In this document: piece by piece, positions 56,333 through 64,000 of the stretch
Layout: each line of letters opens with the position of its first letter
Position numbering within the stretch: the stretch's first letter is position 1
NCBI GenBank assembly: GCA_965237415.1
Contig: CBDEFM010000002.1
Coordinates: forward strand, 1,056,001-1,120,000
Direction: 5' to 3'
Length of the DNA: 64,000 bases
DNA from: Alphaproteobacteria bacterium
Lineage (GTDB): Bacteria; Pseudomonadota; Alphaproteobacteria; UBA828
Notes under the pieces: generated by a model
Told to the model about the DNA's origin: nothing
What the model saw: only the letters and a program-made list of their open reading frames with translations
Databases searched by the model: none
Program-made: the position numbers and the translations under genes

Positions 56333-57625
56333 ATGCGAAGAGTACTGGTAGCCGGCCTCGTCGGCTTGATGGCGATCACCCTTCCGGCGTTCGCGCTGGC
56401 CCAAGAGGACAGGGAAGCTTACGACCAGCTCGATCTGTTTGGCAAAATCCTCGAAGAAATCCGCAACGAATACGTTGAGGAGGTGAGCACGTCTGAGCTG
56501 ATCGATGCCGCCATCGAGGGCATGATCGGCTCGCTCGACCCGCATTCGAAGTATCACAACCCCAAGAGCTACAAGGAAGTTCAGGTTCAGGCGCGTGGCG
56601 AGTTCGGCGGCCTCGGTATCGAGGTCACGATGGAGGACGGCCTCGTCAAGGTGATCACGCCGATCGACGACACCCCCGCGCAGCGCGCCGGCATCCAGCC
56701 GGGAGACCTGGTGACCCATCTCGACGACGAGCCGGTGCTGGGGCTCACCCTCCAGCAGGCGGTCGACAGGATGCGCGGCCCCGTTAACTCCGAGATCACG
56801 CTCACCGTCCGCCGCAGCGGGGTGGAAGAGTCTCTCAACTTCCCGATAACCCGCGCCATCATCAAGATCCGTTCGGTGCGTGCGCGGGTGGTGGACGACG
56901 AGATTATCGTCGCGCGGATATCCGCATTCTCCGAGCACACATCCGACGATCTCGACGGGGTTCTGGGCGATCTGTGGGAGGAGCAGGGCGATCGGGTGCT
57001 CGGCGCCGTGCTCGACCTGCGCAACAATCCCGGCGGCCTGCTCGATCAGGCAATCGCGGTCTCGGACGCGTTCCTGGAGCAAGGCGAAATCGTATCGACC
57101 CGCGGGCGCGATCCCACCAGCGCGCTGCGCTTCAACGCGCAAGAGGGAGACATCATCGACGGCCTGCCGCTGGTCGTCCTGATCAACAGCGGGACGGCAT
57201 CGGCCTCGGAAATCGTGGCGGGCGCGCTGCAGGATCACGGGCGGGCACTGATCCTCGGCACCCGCTCGTTCGGCAAGGGCTCGGTGCAGACGGTGATTCC
57301 CCTTGGCGGGCGCGGCGCGCTGCGTCTGACCACGGCACGCTACTTCACGCCATCCGGCCGCTCGATCCAGGAACAGGGGATCGACCCGGACATCGTCGTG
57401 GAGCAGATCCGGCCGGAGCCTGAGCCGGAGGCGATACCCGAGCGCCGGGAGGAGGATCTGAGGGGGCACCTCGATAACGACGGGATCACCGACGAGGACC
57501 CGGCGGCGGAGGAAGCCCTGGAGGAAGCCGAGGACGATCCGACGAAGGGCGACTATCAGCTGGCCCGCGCAATCGAGCAACTGCGCGGCGCCCGCATTCT
57601 CTCGGGCGTATCGGCCGTCAACTGA
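56333..57625 (+). CDS. ctpA: S41 family carboxyl-terminal processing protease
   Basis: LDPHS, PDZ GLGI, DLRNNPGGLL, ASASEI, GKGSVQ. Confidence 0.94.
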   Translation: MRRVLVAGLVGLMAITLPAFALAQEDREAYDQLDLFGKILEEIRNEYVEEVSTSELIDAAIEGMIGSLDPHSKYHNPKSYKEVQVQARGEFGGLGIEVTMEDGLVKVITPIDDTPAQRAGIQPGDLVTHLDDEPVLGLTLQQAVDRMRGPVNSEITLTVRRSGVEESLNFPITRAIIKIRSVRARVVDDEIIVARISAFSEHTSDDLDGVLGDLWEEQGDRVLGAVLDLRNNPGGLLDQAIAVSDAFLEQGEIVSTRGRDPTSALRFNAQEGDIIDGLPLVVLINSGTASASEIVAGALQDHGRALILGTRSFGKGSVQTVIPLGGRGALRLTTARYFTPSGRSIQEQGIDPDIVVEQIRPEPEPEAIPERREEDLRGHLDNDGITDEDPAAEEALEEAEDDPTKGDYQLARAIEQLRGARILSGVSAVN

Positions 57626-57670
57626 ACTCACACAAGCTGGTCAACGCTGTCAGCCGGCCCGGCTGCTGAC

Positions 57671-58153
57671 ATGGCAAGCCGAGAGGCGCTCCCCTACCGG
57701 CCCTGCGTCGGCGTACTGTTGTTCAACGGGCAGGGGCAGGTCTTCGTCGGCAGGCGCATCGACATGGTGCAGGAAGCCTGGCAGATGCCGCAGGGCGGGA
57801 TCGACCGGGGCGAAAGTCCCCACGATGCGGCACTCAGGGAGCTTGAGGAAGAGACCGGAGTCGCACCCGATCGGGTGGAGCTGCTGGCGCAGACGCGAGA
57901 GTGGCTGCGCTACGATCTACCGCCCAACATGGTAAGGCGGGTCTGGCGGGGGCGCTATCGGGGACAGGAACAAAAGTGGTTCGCCGCGCGCTTCCTCGGG
58001 ACCGATGCGGACATCGACATCAGGACGGCGCATCCCGAATTCAGCGACTGGCGTTGGTCGCCCGTCGACGAGCTCACCGCAAACGTGGTGACCTTCAAGC
58101 GGGCGCTCTACGAAGCGGTGATCGAGGAGTTTCGCCCGTTTCTCTCGCCCTGA
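57671..58153 (+). CDS. rppH: RNA pyrophosphohydrolase
   Basis: YRPCVG, WQMPQGG, Nudix box [14 protein letters not shown]. Confidence 0.95.
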   Translation: MASREALPYRPCVGVLLFNGQGQVFVGRRIDMVQEAWQMPQGGIDRGESPHDAALRELEEETGVAPDRVELLAQTREWLRYDLPPNMVRRVWRGRYRGQEQKWFAARFLGTDADIDIRTAHPEFSDWRWSPVDELTANVVTFKRALYEAVIEEFRPFLSP

Positions 58154-58958
58154 ACCGCTCCAGACGCCGGACATAGAGCCTGAGCGCAAGCCAAGTCAGC
58201 GCGGCGATAATTCTTCCCAACCGCCCCTGCGGCTTGATGCCGATCGCCTTGAGCATCATGCCCACCCCACGCTGCACGTGATCGCGCCGGTAGAGCGGAA
58301 ACGTACGCGACGCATAGGCGAGGGTCGCGCGGCGGCGAACGTAGGGATCGGGCTCGCCGGCGCCGCAATGATAGGCGTACGGAAGCTCGTCGTCGCTCGC
58401 CTCGAACACCCGCCCGAGCGCCACCTTGGCCCGGCTGAGTCGGCCGACGCCCTCGATGTCCCGGTAGTGCTTCATCGTGGTGTAGAACAGCTTGTAGTGG
58501 CAGAACTCGTCGCCCCCGATCCGCTTGCAGATCGCCTTGAACACGGGCTCCTCGGCGGCGTCGCGCAGCGCGCTGTAATAGGTAGACGTGCCGGCCTCGA
58601 CAATGCAGCGCGCCACCATCTCGCCGCAGCGGGAGCCGCGGATCGAATCGCTCGCCTCCACGTCGATGGGGTGGCCGGCGACGAAGCGTGCGAAGGTCGC
58701 ATCGAAGTCGAACGACGGGTCCGCAAGCTCGGCGTAGCGCCTGAGGGCGGCGCCGTGCTGGATCTCTTCTTCTGCCCACGCGACCGCATCGGCGCAGAAG
58801 CCGGGATCGTCGTGAAAGACAGCGCAGAGATACTTGCCGTAGTCGGCGCTGTGGTGCTCGACCACGCACGCCGCCTTGGCGATCTTGACCATCTCCGGGT
58901 CCAGTTTGGACCGGTCGAACTGCTCCCACGGGATGTCGTCGAGGGTCCAGGTGCCCAT
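58095..58958 (-). CDS. Ferritin-like diiron protein
   Basis: W.LDDIPW, EEEIQHG, VEAGTS.YY, DEFCHY diiron motifs. Confidence 0.85.
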   Translation of the reverse strand: MGTWTLDDIPWEQFDRSKLDPEMVKIAKAACVVEHHSADYGKYLCAVFHDDPGFCADAVAWAEEEIQHGAALRRYAELADPSFDFDATFARFVAGHPIDVEASDSIRGSRCGEMVARCIVEAGTSTYYSALRDAAEEPVFKAICKRIGGDEFCHYKLFYTTMKHYRDIEGVGRLSRAKVALGRVFEASDDELPYAYHCGAGEPDPYVRRRATLAYASRTFPLYRRDHVQRGVGMMLKAIGIKPQGRLGRIIAALTWLALRLYVRRLERFRARETGETPRSPLRRAPA

Positions 58959-59063
58959 GCTCCGCTCCCCGCTCAGCGACGATTCGACGGATCAGTATAG
59001 TAACGTGGGCGGTCGGGACAACGCGCGAATGGGGGCGCCGGAGGGGCGGCGGATTAGACCGCC

Positions 59064-59465
59064 TCAGGCCGCGTTGGCAGCCAGAAGCTGGGCGAACTCG
59101 ACCTCCCGCTCGTACTTCGCGCGCTCCTCGTCGCCTTCAGCGTCGCGCAAGCCCAGCTGCGCCTGCTCGAGCCGCGCCTCCGCCTGAGCGCGGTCGATGG
59201 CGCCTGCCTCGAACGCCTCGGTGGAGAGTACCGTGCAGCGCTCTCCCGTCACCTCGGCGAAGCCTTCGGCGACCACGTAGCGGTCCTTCGGCTTCTCGTT
59301 CTCGTAGGTCTCGATCACCCCGGGTCTCAGGGTAGAAAGCAGGAGCGAATGGCCCGGCAGCACGCCGAAATCGCCCTCGGCACCTGGCACAACCACCATC
59401 TCGACGTCGCCGGAGAAGATCAGCCGCTCCGGCGCCACAAGCTCGAACTGCAGGGTGTCGGCCAT
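59064..59465 (-). CDS. atpC: ATP synthase F1 epsilon
   Basis: LVAPE, PG.EG.FGVL.GH; operon position. Confidence 0.96.
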   Translation of the reverse strand: MADTLQFELVAPERLIFSGDVEMVVVPGAEGDFGVLPGHSLLLSTLRPGVIETYENEKPKDRYVVAEGFAEVTGERCTVLSTEAFEAGAIDRAQAEARLEQAQLGLRDAEGDEERAKYEREVEFAQLLAANAA

Positions 59466-59484
59466 GGCCGTTCCTCAGGCCTCC

Positions 59485-61837
<2,353 letters not shown>

Positions 61838-61871
61838 GGCGGAGGCCTATTTCTCTCTTTGCCGCCGCTAG

Positions 61872-63401
61872 TTAGGCGAATTTCTTCGTAAATTCGTCGA
61901 GGATCGCGGTGAGCGCCTTGTCGCTGTCTGCGCTCATCTCCTGGGAGGTGCGGATCTCCTCCAGCAGGGCCCCATGGTTGGCCCGCATGTCGCTGAGGAA
62001 CTCGCGTTCGAAGCGGTTCACATCGTTCAAGTCGATGCGGTCGAGATAGCCGCGCACGCCGGAGAAGATCGAAACCACCTGCTCTTCCACAGCCATCGGC
62101 GAGAACTGATCCTGCTTGAGCAACTCGGTCAGCCGCGCGCCCCGGTTGAGAAGCCGCTGCGTCGCCACGTCGAGGTCGGAGCCGAACTGCGCGAAGGCCG
62201 CCATCTCGCGGTACTGGGCGAGCTCCAGCTTAATCCGGCCGGCGACTTGCCGCATCGCCTTCACCTGGGCGGCCGAGCCCACCCGGCTCACCGAGAGGCC
62301 GACGTTAATCGCAGGCCGAATGCCCTGATAGAAGAGCTCGGTCTCGAGGAAGATCTGCCCGTCCGTGATCGAGATGACGTTGGTCGGGATGTAGGCCGAG
62401 ACGTCGCTCGCCTGGGTCTCGATCACCGGCATAGCGGTGAGCGAGCCGGAACCGTTGTCCGCGTTCATCTTGGCCGCGCGCTCGAGCAGGCGCGAATGGA
62501 GATAGAACACGTCGCCCGGATAAGCCTCGCGCCCCGGCGGTCGGCGGAGCAGCAACGACATCTGGCGGTAGGCGACGGCCTGCTTCGAGAGATCGTCGTA
62601 GAAGATCACCGCGTGCATGCCGTTGTCGCGGAAGAACTCGCCCATGGTGCAGCCGGCGTAGGGCGCCAGGAACTGCAGCGGCGCGGGCTCCGACGCGGAC
62701 GCCGAGACCACGATCGAATAGTCGAGCGCGCCGTTCTCTTCGAGGGTCTTGACGATCTGCGCCACGGTCGAGCGCTTCTGCCCGATGGCGACATAGATGC
62801 AGTAGAGCTTGCGCGATTCGTCGTCGCCGGCGTTCACGCCCTTCTGGTTGATGATGGTATCGATCGCGATCGCGGTCTTGCCGGTCTGGCGGTCGCCGAT
62901 GATCAGCTCCCGTTGGCCGCGCCCGATCGGCACCAGGGCGTCGAGGGCCTTGAGGCCGGTCTGGACCGGCTCGTGCACCGAGCGGCGCGGGATGATGCTG
63001 GGGGCCTTGACCTCGACGCGGCGGCGCTCCGTGCTTTCGATCGGCCCCTTGCCGTCGAGCGGGTTGCCGAGCGGATCGACGACGCGACCCAAGAGCCCCT
63101 TGCCCACCGGCACATCGACGATGGTGCCGGTCCGCTTGACGACGTCGCCTTCCTTGATGTACCGGTCTTCGCCGAAGATCACGATACCGACATTGTCGGT
63201 CTCAAGATTCAGCGCCATCCCCCTGATTCCGCCAGGGAATTCGACCATCTCGCCGGCCTGGACATTGTCGAGCCCGTAGACCCGGGCCACGCCGTCGCCG
63301 ACCGAGAGCACCTGGCCGACCTCGGCCACATCCGCCTCTGAGCCGAAATTGGCGATCTGTTCCTTCAGGATTGCCGAAATTTCGGCGGCGCCGATATCCA
63401 T
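61872..63401 (-). CDS. atpA: ATP synthase F1 alpha
   Basis: [29 protein letters not shown]. Confidence 0.99.
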   Translation of the reverse strand: MDIGAAEISAILKEQIANFGSEADVAEVGQVLSVGDGVARVYGLDNVQAGEMVEFPGGIRGMALNLETDNVGIVIFGEDRYIKEGDVVKRTGTIVDVPVGKGLLGRVVDPLGNPLDGKGPIESTERRRVEVKAPSIIPRRSVHEPVQTGLKALDALVPIGRGQRELIIGDRQTGKTAIAIDTIINQKGVNAGDDESRKLYCIYVAIGQKRSTVAQIVKTLEENGALDYSIVVSASASEPAPLQFLAPYAGCTMGEFFRDNGMHAVIFYDDLSKQAVAYRQMSLLLRRPPGREAYPGDVFYLHSRLLERAAKMNADNGSGSLTAMPVIETQASDVSAYIPTNVISITDGQIFLETELFYQGIRPAINVGLSVSRVGSAAQVKAMRQVAGRIKLELAQYREMAAFAQFGSDLDVATQRLLNRGARLTELLKQDQFSPMAVEEQVVSIFSGVRGYLDRIDLNDVNRFEREFLSDMRANHGALLEEIRTSQEMSADSDKALTAILDEFTKKFA

Positions 63402-63402
63402 C

Positions 63403-63960
63403 TCAGATCCCCTTCATCGCCAATTCGAGATTCTGCAACTTGGTCCTAAGCGAGTTGTCGAGCATGCGTGAGCCGACGCGCACCGTGAGGCCGCCTATCA
63501 ACGAGGGATCGACCCGGGACTCGAGCGTCACGTCGCGTCCGACGATGGTACGGAGCGCGTCCCTCACGGCATCAAGGTGATTGGGCTTGAGCGGCACGGC
63601 AGACGTCACTTCGGCCGACACCTCGCCGCGATGCTCGGCGAGCTTCGCCTGAAACGCCGCGATCATGTCGGTCAACAGGGAGACCCGCCGGTTGCGCGCC
63701 AGCAGCGCGACAAAATTCCTGACGTACTGGTTGGTTCCCAGCCGCTCCAGTACCGCGTCCAGCGCCTTACCCTGCTCGGCGCGGGACAGCGTCAGGCTGC
63801 GGATCACGCGCTTGAGGTCGTCGCTGCCGTCCACCAGTTCGCGGATGGAGTCGAGGTCGCGCTCGATCTCCTCGATCGCGCCACGCTCCCGCGCAAGCTC
63901 GAAGAGCGCGGTCGCGTAACGATCCGCGAGACCGGCTCCCCCGACCGATTGCCCAGCCAC
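63403..63960 (-). CDS. atpH: ATP synthase F1 delta
   Basis: [21 protein letters not shown]; GTG start. Confidence 0.96.
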   Translation of the reverse strand: MAGQSVGGAGLADRYATALFELARERGAIEEIERDLDSIRELVDGSDDLKRVIRSLTLSRAEQGKALDAVLERLGTNQYVRNFVALLARNRRVSLLTDMIAAFQAKLAEHRGEVSAEVTSAVPLKPNHLDAVRDALRTIVGRDVTLESRVDPSLIGGLTVRVGSRMLDNSLRTKLQNLELAMKGI

Positions 63961-64000
63961 CGCTACTCCCTAGTTCTAGCTCCGGATGCGCCGCCACTCG

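Overview
High-GC genomic window, most likely from an alphaproteobacterium. The evidence is F1-only atpHAGDC, ybbN-LON_N-Trm112, slt/dapA-smpB, NYN/folK, choXWV/betI-betA, DUF1491, and alphaproteobacterial palindromic repeats. About 60 genes are supportable. The left third (1-21 kb) is accessory and catabolic: SDR, SRAP, two AT-richer inserts (DUF2806 gene; small protein + PIN pair), an HU paralog, an ICL/PEP-mutase lyase, hydantoinase/oxoprolinase A+B, a Pot-like ABC transporter, acyl-CoA dehydrogenase, CoA-transferase, MmgE/PrpD and an orphan MNT. The middle (21-49 kb) mixes housekeeping genes with choline/C1 metabolism, a chimeric oppD'-'oppB gene, orphan solute-binding proteins, tandem SnoaL paralogs, an OsmC-flavoprotein pair and an ADC-like protein with no lysine. 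The right end (49-64 kb) is core housekeeping. I saw no rRNA, tRNA, CRISPR array, integrase or transposase. The best leads for something undescribed are: the 88-aa/PIN two-gene module; the lactamase-centred catabolic cluster; a nested MITE+REP element that supplies a stop codon; a structured ~150-nt element at a synteny break upstream of ctpA; and a secreted C1q/BclA-like protein. All family calls come from motif recognition by eye, with no database searches. Start codons were often trimmed from the supplied ORF track.
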